A DNA stretch of 64,000 bases. It comes from an uncultured bacterium (lineage in GTDB: Bacteria > Fidelibacterota > Marinisomatia > Marinisomatales > Marinisomataceae). The stretch is from contig CALSYL010000004.1 in NCBI GenBank assembly GCA_943841495.1, positions 173,592 through 237,591 on the forward strand, written 5' to 3'. Below, piece by piece: positions 10,460-20,003 of this stretch. The notes below the pieces were generated by a model that had not been told where the DNA came from, ran no database searches, and saw only the letters and a program-made list of their open reading frames with translations. Position 1 is the stretch's first letter. The number at the start of each line of letters is the position of its first letter. The translations under genes were made by a program, and so were the position numbers.

Positions 10460-11196
10460 TCAATTTCATTAAATATTTAATTTCCTTTTCATTGCCAATT
10501 GGTATAATATTTTCTCAAGACTTTTCAGATATTGATAATAAAATTGTCAACTTTAACTTCAAAGAAGCCAAAGTTTATTTAGAAGAACTGGATAAAAATT
10601 CTGATAAGAATATTGAAGTATTGACAAGACTATCAATTGTACATCATTTTCTTTCTGAGTCTGCAGAAGATAAATCAACTGAACGTAAAAATGCAATCAA
10701 AGCATTTGAATACATTGAAAAAGCATATACTATTAATCCTAAAAATCCTAAAGTGTTAAAATGGTACGTTATTGCATTGGGAAAAACAGTTGAGAAAAAA
10801 AGTATTCGTAAACAAATAGAAGAATCAAAAAATATTGAAAAAATAGCGCTTTCTGTTATTGAACTATTACCAAATGATGAATATTGCTATAATATTTTAG
10901 GTCAATGGCACTATAGATTAGCAGATTTAAATGGTCCTTCACGAAAAATTGCTTCATTTCTATTTTCTGAGCCACCTGAAGGTTCTTTTATTGAAGCACA
11001 ATTTTTTCTAGAACAAAGCATCAAAATAAACCCTGATTATATTGGTACCTATTATTGGCTTGGAAAAACTTATTTAAAGATTAATAAAAAGCAAAAAGCG
11101 ATTGAGCTATTTAAAGTGGGAATCGCTCTAGATAGACCATTTAAGCGAGAAGAAGAAGCATATCAAGCAATGAAAAGCTACTTAAATAAGTTATAA
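10456..11196 (+). CDS. Secreted TPR-like repeat protein
   Basis: TTG start overlapping the upstream stop (TTGA). Signal peptide ending IFS|QDF. The C-terminal YYWLGKTYLKINKKQKAIELFK is TPR-like. Confidence 0.5.
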   Translation: MINFIKYLISFSLPIGIIFSQDFSDIDNKIVNFNFKEAKVYLEELDKNSDKNIEVLTRLSIVHHFLSESAEDKSTERKNAIKAFEYIEKAYTINPKNPKVLKWYVIALGKTVEKKSIRKQIEESKNIEKIALSVIELLPNDEYCYNILGQWHYRLADLNGPSRKIASFLFSEPPEGSFIEAQFFLEQSIKINPDYIGTYYWLGKTYLKINKKQKAIELFKVGIALDRPFKREEEAYQAMKSYLNKL

Positions 11197-11976
11197 TTTT
11201 TTAACTTTTTTATACTTTTCAGAAATTTTAAATATCTCAGGTAATAAGTCCTGTTCTGAGTATTTTAATAAGTTGTAAGTAAATGTTCCATCTTTACTAA
11301 TTGCTTTAAATTTAATTGTTAATGCATTGCTATCAATATCATGCTCATCATAAGGTATATCCATTGCATTCATACCTAAATTAGGAGGTATTGATCCATC
11401 GAACATTTGTTCTAGTCTTTTAAGAATTTCTAACTCTGCTTGAGATTTTAAAGTTGACTCTGAAAACCAAATGAATAAGCCTGATTCTTCTTCATCTTTA
11501 TATACTATTTCAGCTTTTCTAGTTTTAAAGTTATTCAAGATTTCTATTTTTTCACTAATATTAATCGTCACATCTTCTTCACCGCTATCAGATTCATCTT
11601 CATTTTTTCTATTTTCTTCAGGAGGTCCATCTTGTGGATTATTTTTATTTTCTTCGAGAAATTCATTAAATGAATAAATTGCAAATCTCTTTTTTTTATG
11701 ATTTATTTTTGTAACTGTTGAATCACTGAATGATATAATGTATCCCTCATCTCTTTTAATATTAAATAACCGTAAAATTTTAACATTAAAATTGCTTCTT
11801 AAATAATATTTATCATGTGCAAAAAATTTACTTATGGAGCCTTCCATTTTTCCTTGAGAAAAAGTGCCATTTAGACTTTCATTTACAAAAAGATTTGATT
11901 GTGAATACGCATTATCTATAATGCATAAAAAAAGAATGAAAAATAATTTTAACGGGTTATTGTAAACCAGTTTCAC
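11191..11976 (-). CDS. Hypothetical secreted protein with an acidic low-complexity insert
   Basis: 261-aa ORF. Signal peptide ending AYS|QSN. I recognise no family. Confidence 0.5.
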   Translation of the reverse strand: MKLVYNNPLKLFFILFLCIIDNAYSQSNLFVNESLNGTFSQGKMEGSISKFFAHDKYYLRSNFNVKILRLFNIKRDEGYIISFSDSTVTKINHKKKRFAIYSFNEFLEENKNNPQDGPPEENRKNEDESDSGEEDVTINISEKIEILNNFKTRKAEIVYKDEEESGLFIWFSESTLKSQAELEILKRLEQMFDGSIPPNLGMNAMDIPYDEHDIDSNALTIKFKAISKDGTFTYNLLKYSEQDLLPEIFKISEKYKKVKKL

Positions 11977-12895
11977 TAACAGTTTTTTTTACCTCAACAA
12001 GTGTATTGCTTAAAGCTGCTTTTTCATCTTTGTCAAGATCAAAGGTAAGTATTTTTTCAACACCACCTGAGCCAATGACTGTTGGAACTCCAATGAAATA
12101 TCCATCAATATCAAATTCGCCTTCGCATAACGAGGCGCATGGTATAACTCTTTTTTTATCTCTTACAAAACTTTCAATCATTTCTACAGCAGATTGAGCG
12201 GGAGCATAAAATGCAGAACCTTTTCCAAAAAGCTTAACAATCTCTCCTCCGCCAACGCGCGTTCTATTTTCTATAGCGATAATTTCATTTTCGCTCAATA
12301 AAGATGATAATGGTACACCACCAACAGTAGCTAGTCTACTAACAGGTACCATCGTATCTCCATGACCTCCAAGAACCATACAATTAACATCTTGAGATGA
12401 TAGGTTTGTAGCTTCAGCAATAAATGCTCTAAATCTTGCACTATCTAAAGCTCCAGCCATTCCAACAACTTTATTTTTTGGAAAACCAGAAATTTTATGA
12501 AATGCATATACCATAGCATCAAGTGGGTTAGAGACAACAATAACAAATGCTTTAGGTGCATATTTTTTAACTTGATTTGCAACATTTGTCATTATATCAA
12601 GATTTTTTTGAAGCAAATCTTCCCTATTCATTCCAGGTTGGCGAGGAAAACCTGCAGTAATAACTACTACATCTGAGTCTTTTATATCTTCAAAATTAGA
12701 AGTTCCAGATAATTTTGAATCATATCCATCGTGGGGTAATAACTGTGAGATATCTAAAGCTTTACCTTTCATAAAGTTTTCAGCTTCGGGAATATCTAAA
12801 ATGATGATGTCGCCCAGTTCTTTTTGAGCAGATAAGAGTGCAATATTTCCACCAACTTGACCGCCACCAATTAATGCTATTTTAGGTCTAGACAT
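11957..12895 (-). CDS. mdh: Malate dehydrogenase (LDH-like family)
   Basis: IALIGGGQVGG, GFPRQPGMNREDLL and GGHGDTMVP motifs. 312 aa. Confidence 0.95.
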   Translation of the reverse strand: MSRPKIALIGGGQVGGNIALLSAQKELGDIIILDIPEAENFMKGKALDISQLLPHDGYDSKLSGTSNFEDIKDSDVVVITAGFPRQPGMNREDLLQKNLDIMTNVANQVKKYAPKAFVIVVSNPLDAMVYAFHKISGFPKNKVVGMAGALDSARFRAFIAEATNLSSQDVNCMVLGGHGDTMVPVSRLATVGGVPLSSLLSENEIIAIENRTRVGGGEIVKLFGKGSAFYAPAQSAVEMIESFVRDKKRVIPCASLCEGEFDIDGYFIGVPTVIGSGGVEKILTFDLDKDEKAALSNTLVEVKKTVSETGLQ

Positions 12896-12898
12896 TTC

Positions 12899-13153
12899 TT
12901 AATTTAATTCATCGACACTTACAAAGGTAGTACCACCTTTTTTGCTAAACTTAACTAGGCCATGAGATGTAGCAAAGAGAGTGTCGTCATTTCCTCTTTT
13001 TACATTTCTTCCAGGATGATATCTTGTTCCACGTTGTTTGATAATGATTCCACCAGCTAATATTGACTGACCATCAGATACTTTAACTCCAAGTCTTTTA
13101 GCATTTGAATCTCTACCATTTCTTGAACTTCCTTGTCCTTTCTTATGAGCCAT
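12899..13153 (-). CDS. rpmA: 50S ribosomal protein L27
   Basis: [24 protein letters not shown]. Confidence 0.97.
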   Translation of the reverse strand: MAHKKGQGSSRNGRDSNAKRLGVKVSDGQSILAGGIIIKQRGTRYHPGRNVKRGNDDTLFATSHGLVKFSKKGGTTFVSVDELN

Positions 13154-13165
13154 ATTTAATACCTT

Positions 13166-13537
13166 TTATTTTTTGTCTTCAGTTTTTTTAACAGTTTTTT
13201 TTGCAGCTGTTTTTTTTGGTTTTGCTGCTGAAATTGACTGAATTTGTAATAATGTTAAGTCTTGTCGATGTCCACGTTTTCTCTGATAGCCTTTTCTTCT
13301 TTTCTTTTTAATAATAGTGACTTTTGAGTCTCTTGAGTGCTCAAGAACTTTAGCACTTACATTATATTTACTTAAATCATTTGAATCAAAAAGGCTTTGA
13401 TCCTTGTCTGAAACAGCTTTGACATTTTCAAATTTAATAGTTTTACCTTCAGCAACATCTATCTTAGAATTAACTAAGAGCTTGTCGCCTTTAGCAACTT
13501 TATACTGTTTTCCATATATTTCAACAATTGCAAACAT
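13166..13537 (-). CDS. rplU: 50S ribosomal protein L21 with a Lys-rich C-terminal tail
   Basis: MFAIVEIYGKQYKV..GDKL. The tail is AAKPKKTAAKKTVKKTEDKK. Confidence 0.95.
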   Translation of the reverse strand: MFAIVEIYGKQYKVAKGDKLLVNSKIDVAEGKTIKFENVKAVSDKDQSLFDSNDLSKYNVSAKVLEHSRDSKVTIIKKKRRKGYQRKRGHRQDLTLLQIQSISAAKPKKTAAKKTVKKTEDKK

Positions 13538-13570
13538 AGCGTGGGAACTTAATAGCTAATTTTGTCCTTT

Positions 13571-15073
13571 TCAAGTACCTATTTCATTTGTTATATCTTT
13601 AGAATCAGACATCTTTGTAAATCTAAATTCATTCTTATTCATTGTATCATCTGTAATTACTTTCAAATAGATAAAATTTTTCCACATTAAACTGATATAA
13701 TCTCTTGTCTTTTCTTTCTTTAAGTAGTCTGCTAATTGTGGATGTAAAAATAATTTTAATCTTAAATCTTTATATTTCTTTTTATAATCACGTAACCAAT
13801 AATCAATTCTTGTTAAGAGAGTATCTTTAGAAAGAATTCTACCGTTACCAGCACAAACTTCACACGAGTCTGTAAGCGAGTCAATGATACTAAGACCTGT
13901 TCTTTCTCTAGTCATTTCAAGTACTCCAAATTCTGAAATTTGAGATACGGCTACTTTAGCACGATCTTTTCTAAGCTCTTTTTTCATTTCCAAGAAAACT
14001 TTTTTTCTATTTTCCGGTTTAACCATATCAATAAAGTCTATGAGGATTAGTCCAGATAAGTGTCTTAATCTTAGCTGAGCACAGACTTCCTTGGCAGCTT
14101 CTAAATTGATTTTTAATGAATTTTCTTCATGACCCTTTTTACCAACAAATTTTCCGCTATTAACATCAACAACTACCATAGCTTCAGTTCTTTCGATAAT
14201 CAAATAAGCACCGCTTTTAAGCCATGCTTTTTTCCTCAACAATTTCATCATTGAATTATCTATACCACTAAATTTAAAGAGAGGCTCTCTTTTTCTGTAA
14301 TGTTCTAATGCATCTCCAATATCAAGAGCATCTTCCTTCACCATTTTGGAAATTTTATTGTAGTCCTCTTTTGAATCAACAACAATTTTTTCAACTTTTT
14401 CACTGATTAAATCTCTCAAAACACTTGATGTGACTTTTAGGTCTTCATGAATGAGAGCTGGAGCCTTATCTTTTTCCGCTCTTGCTAACAAGTCATTGTA
14501 TTTATTAGTTAAGTTTTTATAGTCATTTTCTATTTGTGCATCTGTTTTACCTTCTGCAACTGTGCGCAAGATCATTCCAAGTCCTGGTTGTTTTATACTT
14601 AATGCAATCTTTTTTAAACGCCTTCTTTCAAACTTATCTCTCATTTTTTTAGATACACCAATATATTTTGACTTAGGAATTAGTACGATAAATCTTCCTG
14701 CAATAGAGAGCTCAGTTGTAACACGAGCTCCTTTCTTATCAAATGGTTCTTTTATTACTTGAACAATAATTTCTTGTCCAGGCTGTAACAAGACATCAAT
14801 TTCTTTCGAATTTTTTGATTTTTCATTTTTTTCAGCAATTAATTCAGAATCTGAAATTTCTGAAAATGGCAAAAATGCATTGGCCCCTTGGCCGATATTA
14901 ATAAATGCTGCTTGCATACCAGGAATAACATTTTCAACTATTCCTTTGTAAATATTGCCAACAGTTCTTTCTTGTAATTGATTATCAACATGTAGTTCTG
15001 CAAGTTTGCCATTTTCTGTTACGGCAATACGTGTTTCACCTACTCCTTTGCTGATGTAGATTTCTTTCTTCAT
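13571..15073 (-). CDS. rng: Ribonuclease G/E family endoribonuclease
   Basis: N-terminal S1 domain (GNIYKGIVENVIPGMQAAFINIG), VVVDVNSG catalytic core and a CxxC near the C-terminus. 500 aa. Confidence 0.85.
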   Translation of the reverse strand: MKKEIYISKGVGETRIAVTENGKLAELHVDNQLQERTVGNIYKGIVENVIPGMQAAFINIGQGANAFLPFSEISDSELIAEKNEKSKNSKEIDVLLQPGQEIIVQVIKEPFDKKGARVTTELSIAGRFIVLIPKSKYIGVSKKMRDKFERRRLKKIALSIKQPGLGMILRTVAEGKTDAQIENDYKNLTNKYNDLLARAEKDKAPALIHEDLKVTSSVLRDLISEKVEKIVVDSKEDYNKISKMVKEDALDIGDALEHYRKREPLFKFSGIDNSMMKLLRKKAWLKSGAYLIIERTEAMVVVDVNSGKFVGKKGHEENSLKINLEAAKEVCAQLRLRHLSGLILIDFIDMVKPENRKKVFLEMKKELRKDRAKVAVSQISEFGVLEMTRERTGLSIIDSLTDSCEVCAGNGRILSKDTLLTRIDYWLRDYKKKYKDLRLKLFLHPQLADYLKKEKTRDYISLMWKNFIYLKVITDDTMNKNEFRFTKMSDSKDITNEIGT

Positions 15074-15093
15074 CTGTATATATAACCTCTTTC

Positions 15094-15120
15094 AGTCAGA
15101 AACATCTGACTTTTTATTTT
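15094..15120. promoter_or_regulatory. 7-bp stem-loop (AGTCAGA-AACA-TCTGACT) plus TTTTATTTT, lying in the rng 5' leader
   Basis: Read directly from the sequence. On the + strand it looks like an intrinsic terminator. On the - strand it is a 5'-UTR hairpin about 14 nt upstream of the rng SD (AGAGG). Confidence 0.3.
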
Positions 15121-15279
15121 GAATTGAGGTAAGAAGAAATTTTTATAAGAAAATTATCTTTTACTTTAAAATAAAATTATAAAAAAACTGTTTTGCTTTT
15201 AGCTTTAAAATTAGCTTCAGGCCCCAATAATATATTAATTTAACGAAATTTACATTTAAAATACATATAATCTATTCTA

Positions 15280-16059
15280 ATGTTTAATGAAGAGCTAATA
15301 GCAGCAAAGGTTGCATCAAGAAATGCAGGTAAAATCCTAATGGATTTCTATTCAAAAGATGAAAAAGAGATTGAATTAAAAGGGATTGATAATCCAGTTA
15401 CAATAGCTGACAAAAAAGCGGATAAATATCTTTACAACTTTATATCTGGGGAATTCCCAGATTATGGCTGGTTATCAGAAGAAACCGTTGATACAAAAGA
15501 AAGACTTTCAAAAGATAGGGTGTGGATTGTTGACCCATTAGATGGAACCAAAGAGTTTATAGAAGGTGTACCTCACTTTGCTGTAAGTATAGCACTTGTA
15601 GAGAACGGTGAACCGGTTGTTGGTGTTATTTATAATCCTGCAAAAAACGAAATGTTTTCTTGTCAAAAAGGAAAAGGTATTTACTTTAATGAGAATAAAA
15701 TGAAAATAAGTTCTAAAAAATCATTAGCAGAATCATCTATAATAGTTAGTAGAAGTGAAATAAAAAGAAATGAATGGGAGCCATACAAAGATAAGTTCAA
15801 GACAATTAATCCTATTGGAAGCGTAGCATATAAATTAGCTCTTGTAAGTGCTGGTAAATACGATATCTTTGCAACAGTTGCCCCAAAAAATGAATGGGAT
15901 ATATGTGCAGGAGATTGTTTAGTCAATGAAGCAGGAGGAGTTTTTAAAACAATTAATGATAAAAAAATTATTTATAATCAAAAGAAAACACTTGTTACAG
16001 ATACAATTATAGCTACAAATTCTACTTTATTTGAGGGGGTTTCAGATTTACTTTTTTAG
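15280..16059 (+). CDS. Inositol monophosphatase family protein (SuhB/CysQ-like)
   Basis: WLSEE, WIVDPLDGTKEF and WDICAG motifs. Confidence 0.8.
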   Translation: MFNEELIAAKVASRNAGKILMDFYSKDEKEIELKGIDNPVTIADKKADKYLYNFISGEFPDYGWLSEETVDTKERLSKDRVWIVDPLDGTKEFIEGVPHFAVSIALVENGEPVVGVIYNPAKNEMFSCQKGKGIYFNENKMKISSKKSLAESSIIVSRSEIKRNEWEPYKDKFKTINPIGSVAYKLALVSAGKYDIFATVAPKNEWDICAGDCLVNEAGGVFKTINDKKIIYNQKKTLVTDTIIATNSTLFEGVSDLLF

Positions 16060-16098
16060 TTTAAAAATCCATTTATTAACATAAATTAAATTTAGCAA

Positions 16099-17268
16099 AT
16101 GAAATATATAGGACCAGATTTTTGTAATATTACATCACTTCTTACTGATGAAGAGTTACTAATTCAGAAAACTGCAAATGAATTTGTATCAAAAGAATTT
16201 TTACCTCTGGTAAATGAATTCTATGAAAAAGGCTCATTCCCTAAAGAGTTAATCGGGAAGATGGGTAATCTAGGATTTTTTGGGGCAACACTTCCTAAGC
16301 AGTATGGTGGCAGTGAAATTAGTAGTACTGCGTATGGTTTAATCATGCAAGAGCTTGAAAAGGGCGATTCCGGCTTACGATCAGTTTGTAGTGTTCAAGG
16401 TGGGTTAGTTATGTACCCAATTTTTGAATACGGCTCAGAAGAACAAAAAGAACAATGGCTACCTAAGCTTGCTTCTGGAAAAGCAGTAGGATGCTTTGGT
16501 CTAACGGAATCAAATCATGGATCAGACCCCGGAGGTATGACAACCAAAGCTGTCAAAGATGGAGATGATTGGATAATAAACGGTTCAAAAATGTGGATCA
16601 CAAATGGATCTATTGCAGACGTTGCTGTTGTTTGGGCAAAAGACGAAGATGGAATTGTCAGAGGATTTTTACTTGAAAAAGGTATGAAAGGATTTTCTGC
16701 AACTAATATTCATGGTAAAATGAGCTTAAGAGCATCTATTACATCTGAACTATTTATGAAAGATGTTAGAGTGCCTGACAAAAATAGATTACCTGGCGTA
16801 GAAGGTTTAAAGGGACCTTTATCGTGTTTAACTCAAGCAAGATATTCAATTGTTTGGGGTACTATTGGTGCAGCAATTGATTGCTATGAAGTTGCGCTAA
16901 ATTATAGTAAAGATAGAAAACAATTTTCAAAACCAATTGCAGGTTTTCAATTGACTCAGCAAAAACTAGTCAAAATGGTTCAAGAAATAACCAAGGCACA
17001 ATTACTTGCTATTCAGTTAGGTAAGTTAAAAGATCAAGGCTTATTAGATTTTTCTCATATTTCACTCGGGAAAAAAAATAACGTAGCAATTGCTAGAGAT
17101 TGTGCAAAAAGTGCTCGTGAAATTTTAGGCGCAAATGGAATAATGGACGATTATTCTATTATGAGACATATGATGAATCTTGAAACTGTATATACATATG
17201 AAGGCACTCATGAAATCCATACACTTATTCTTGGACAAAAGATTACGGGTATACCAGCTTTTGAATAG
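16099..17268 (+). CDS. gcdH: Acyl-CoA dehydrogenase, glutaryl-CoA dehydrogenase-like
   Basis: GCFGLTESNHGSDPGGM, WITNG and YEGTHEIHTLILG. The overall pattern matches the GCDH subfamily. Confidence 0.8.
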   Translation: MKYIGPDFCNITSLLTDEELLIQKTANEFVSKEFLPLVNEFYEKGSFPKELIGKMGNLGFFGATLPKQYGGSEISSTAYGLIMQELEKGDSGLRSVCSVQGGLVMYPIFEYGSEEQKEQWLPKLASGKAVGCFGLTESNHGSDPGGMTTKAVKDGDDWIINGSKMWITNGSIADVAVVWAKDEDGIVRGFLLEKGMKGFSATNIHGKMSLRASITSELFMKDVRVPDKNRLPGVEGLKGPLSCLTQARYSIVWGTIGAAIDCYEVALNYSKDRKQFSKPIAGFQLTQQKLVKMVQEITKAQLLAIQLGKLKDQGLLDFSHISLGKKNNVAIARDCAKSAREILGANGIMDDYSIMRHMMNLETVYTYEGTHEIHTLILGQKITGIPAFE

Positions 17269-17842
17269 CTTTATCTAGCGATTGAATTAGTTTACACAAA
17301 ATATCCTCTCTATTATAAATATTCCCTGTATGCTTAAGTAGTGAGGTACTAGTAATCTTTGAAGATGGATCAAATTTATTTAAATCCAAATTTGAATTTA
17401 TATTAATACCTACACTGAGTGCTTGATAGGGGAAGTCGTTATTTGATCCAACATTTGATAATAAAATTCCAGCTATTTTTTCTTCATCGATATATATATC
17501 ATTTGGTTTTTTTTGATATCCAACAATCTCTAGCTCTGTTAAAACATGTAGTACTGATTTACAAGCTTCATCAACTAAAGATTGATTAAAATTATGCTTA
17601 TTCCCTAATATGATGCTAAATGTTAAATCCTTAAAAGGTTCACAAAACCAACTTTTATTATAGGTACCTTTACCTTGGGTCTGATAATCGGTGATTACAA
17701 TTTTCCCTACAGAGTTTGATTGATATTTTTTATCAAGCGCAATATCTAGGGTTGACTCAATTTGATCAAAATAGATAAATGTTGATGAGCCAGCCTTTAT
17801 CCAATTAGTATTAAGAGATATATCTTTTAATACTAACTGCAA
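17243..17842 (-). CDS. birA: Biotin-protein ligase (group I, no DNA-binding domain)
   Basis: KKPNDIYIDEEKIAGILL matches the BirA K.PND.Y...K.AGIL motif. The glycine-rich loop is divergent (GKGTYNKSW). Confidence 0.65.
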   Translation of the reverse strand: MQLVLKDISLNTNWIKAGSSTFIYFDQIESTLDIALDKKYQSNSVGKIVITDYQTQGKGTYNKSWFCEPFKDLTFSIILGNKHNFNQSLVDEACKSVLHVLTELEIVGYQKKPNDIYIDEEKIAGILLSNVGSNNDFPYQALSVGININSNLDLNKFDPSSKITSTSLLKHTGNIYNREDILCKLIQSLDKAIQKLVYP

Positions 17843-18402
17843 GGATCAAGTTTTTTTCTCATCTTGAAAGAGGTTCCTGGTTGTAATACGCCATCATTTG
17901 ATTTAATCAAATCAGCATTATCTACATAGATAACCACCCAAGCTAATTCATCGCCATAGACTCTTTGAGCAAGATTCCATGCTGTATCTCCTGATTGAAT
18001 AGTATAATCAAAAAATTCAGGATCACAGTCTCTAGCATTTGTAGACTCTCTTTTAAGTGATAAGAAATTATATGGATATAGTCGATCTGGATTTTCTCCA
18101 ATTTCATCTTTATTCCAACTATAAATATCTCTCCACATAGAGGCATCACCATATTCTCTTAAAGCTATTTTTGTAAGAAAGTCACCTCTTTTAATCATAT
18201 AAGGTTCAAATACGGTGACTGGTATAGGTGGTGATTCTGGCTCTTGAACAGTAAAAGTTTCTACTGAAACTTCTTGTTGTTGTGTTTTTTCATTACTCTC
18301 TTCAGCTGTTTGAACAGTAGTTTCATTTCCAATGCTGGGAACTGTTCCAGAGCAACTAATCATTACAAAAGCTGACAAAATTATTATTAAATATTTATTC
18401 AT
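17833..18402 (-). CDS. Lipoprotein with two LysM-like domains
   Basis: Lipobox VMISC. Two repeats of Y.I..GD....A...YGD...W..IY. Confidence 0.7.
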   Translation of the reverse strand: MNKYLIIILSAFVMISCSGTVPSIGNETTVQTAEESNEKTQQQEVSVETFTVQEPESPPIPVTVFEPYMIKRGDFLTKIALREYGDASMWRDIYSWNKDEIGENPDRLYPYNFLSLKRESTNARDCDPEFFDYTIQSGDTAWNLAQRVYGDELAWVVIYVDNADLIKSNDGVLQPGTSFKMRKKLDPCS

Positions 18403-18454
18403 TATTTTTTCTCCTACAATTTTTACTTAATACAATAAAAGATGTTCCAATTTT

Positions 18455-19939
18455 TTATGAATATTCACCAAAAACTTTTTTTAAAGCAAATACTATTTCT
18501 CCTAATGTGCAATTTTGTTCTGCACAACTAATTATTCTAGGAATTAAATTTTCGTTAGTACCAGCCGCAGTAGTTAGCTCACCTAGATATTGGTTCACAT
18601 TAATTTCATTACGTTTTTTCTTAAAATTTTTAAGGCGACTAATTCTATCCTTAGAGGAATCATTAAAAGATATGCCATTATCTAAAACATTATCATTGGA
18701 TTTATATTTATTTACTCCAACAAGCACTGTTTTTACTGAGTCTATATTTTTTTGAATCTGATATGCTGAATCTTCTATTTCTTGTTGAACTTCTCCATTC
18801 TCAATTAATATTTTCATCCCGCCTTTACTAAAAATCTCATCAATTTTTGAATTAACCTTGTCAACAATATTATTGGTTAAATCATTTACAACTTTACTAT
18901 CGCCTATTGGGTCAACAAAGTTTGTTACGCCGCTTTCATGAGCTATAATTTGTTGAATTCTTAAAGCTGTTGTCGCATTCTCTTCCGTTGGAAGACTTAT
19001 TGCTTCATCTTTTCCGTTGGTATGTATTGATTGAGCTCCACCCAAAACTGCTGCTAAACTCTCTAAGGTTGTTCTTGCTATATTGTTGTCTACTTGTTGG
19101 GCTGTTAGAGTAGATCCGCCTGTTTGAACATGAAATCTACATAGCTGTGACTTAACGTTATTAATTTTAAATCTATCTTTAACAATATGCGCCCATATAA
19201 TCCTCGCTGCCCTAAATTTTGAAATTTCTTCAAAAAAATCTCTATGTCCGTTAAAAAAGAATGATACTTGTTCAGTTAACTTTTCTATATCAATTCCATT
19301 ATCTTTCGCATGTTCTAAGTACGTAATTGCATTTGCAAAAGTAAATGCTAGCTCTTGAACAGCAGTACTTCCTGCTTCTCTAATATGGTATCCAGATATA
19401 GATATACTGTTCCATTTAGGAAGACTGCTTTGACAATAGTCAAAAATATCTGAAGTCAATCTTAAGGAATGATCTACAGGAAAAATGTATGTTCCTCTTG
19501 CTATATATTCTTTAAGAATATCATTTTGTAGTGTCCCTTTAAGTACATTTAAATCGTCACCTCTTTTTTTTGCAGCAGCAACATAAAATGCTAACAAAAT
19601 TGGAGCAGTTGCATTAATAGTCATTGATATAGAAATTTTTTCTAAATTAATTTCATTGAATAAATTTTCCATATCATATAATGAAGATATTGGAACACCT
19701 GATTTGCCTACTTCACCAAATGACATATCATCATCAGAATCATAACCCATTTGTGTTGGAAGATCAAAAGCAACAGAAAGTCCACTAACACCATTTTCAA
19801 TTAGTTTTAAATATCTAGCATTGGATTCTGATACCGAAGAAAAACCTGCATATTGTCTCATGGTCCATAAGCGATCCTTATACATATTTTTGTATATACC
19901 CTCAGCAAAAGGAAATTTACCAAATTTATTTTTTGACAT
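18455..19939 (-). CDS. Methylmalonyl-CoA mutase family protein, catalytic (substrate-binding) domain only
   Basis: RLWTMRQYAGF, SVAFDLPTQMGYDSD and FHVQTGGSTLTAQQ. 494 aa and no B12-binding domain. Confidence 0.85.
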   Translation of the reverse strand: MSKNKFGKFPFAEGIYKNMYKDRLWTMRQYAGFSSVSESNARYLKLIENGVSGLSVAFDLPTQMGYDSDDDMSFGEVGKSGVPISSLYDMENLFNEINLEKISISMTINATAPILLAFYVAAAKKRGDDLNVLKGTLQNDILKEYIARGTYIFPVDHSLRLTSDIFDYCQSSLPKWNSISISGYHIREAGSTAVQELAFTFANAITYLEHAKDNGIDIEKLTEQVSFFFNGHRDFFEEISKFRAARIIWAHIVKDRFKINNVKSQLCRFHVQTGGSTLTAQQVDNNIARTTLESLAAVLGGAQSIHTNGKDEAISLPTEENATTALRIQQIIAHESGVTNFVDPIGDSKVVNDLTNNIVDKVNSKIDEIFSKGGMKILIENGEVQQEIEDSAYQIQKNIDSVKTVLVGVNKYKSNDNVLDNGISFNDSSKDRISRLKNFKKKRNEINVNQYLGELTTAAGTNENLIPRIISCAEQNCTLGEIVFALKKVFGEYS

Positions 19940-20003
19940 ATTTGAAATTAACTCTTAAAAAAATTAATTATTGTAATTAATGCAATTAAATTAACATTAG
20001 AAA

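Noticed and set aside
19940-20003. Cobalamin riboswitch upstream of the methylmalonyl-CoA mutase gene.
   Set aside because: The gap is only 64 nt and purely AT-rich, which is too short and unstructured for a B12 riboswitch.
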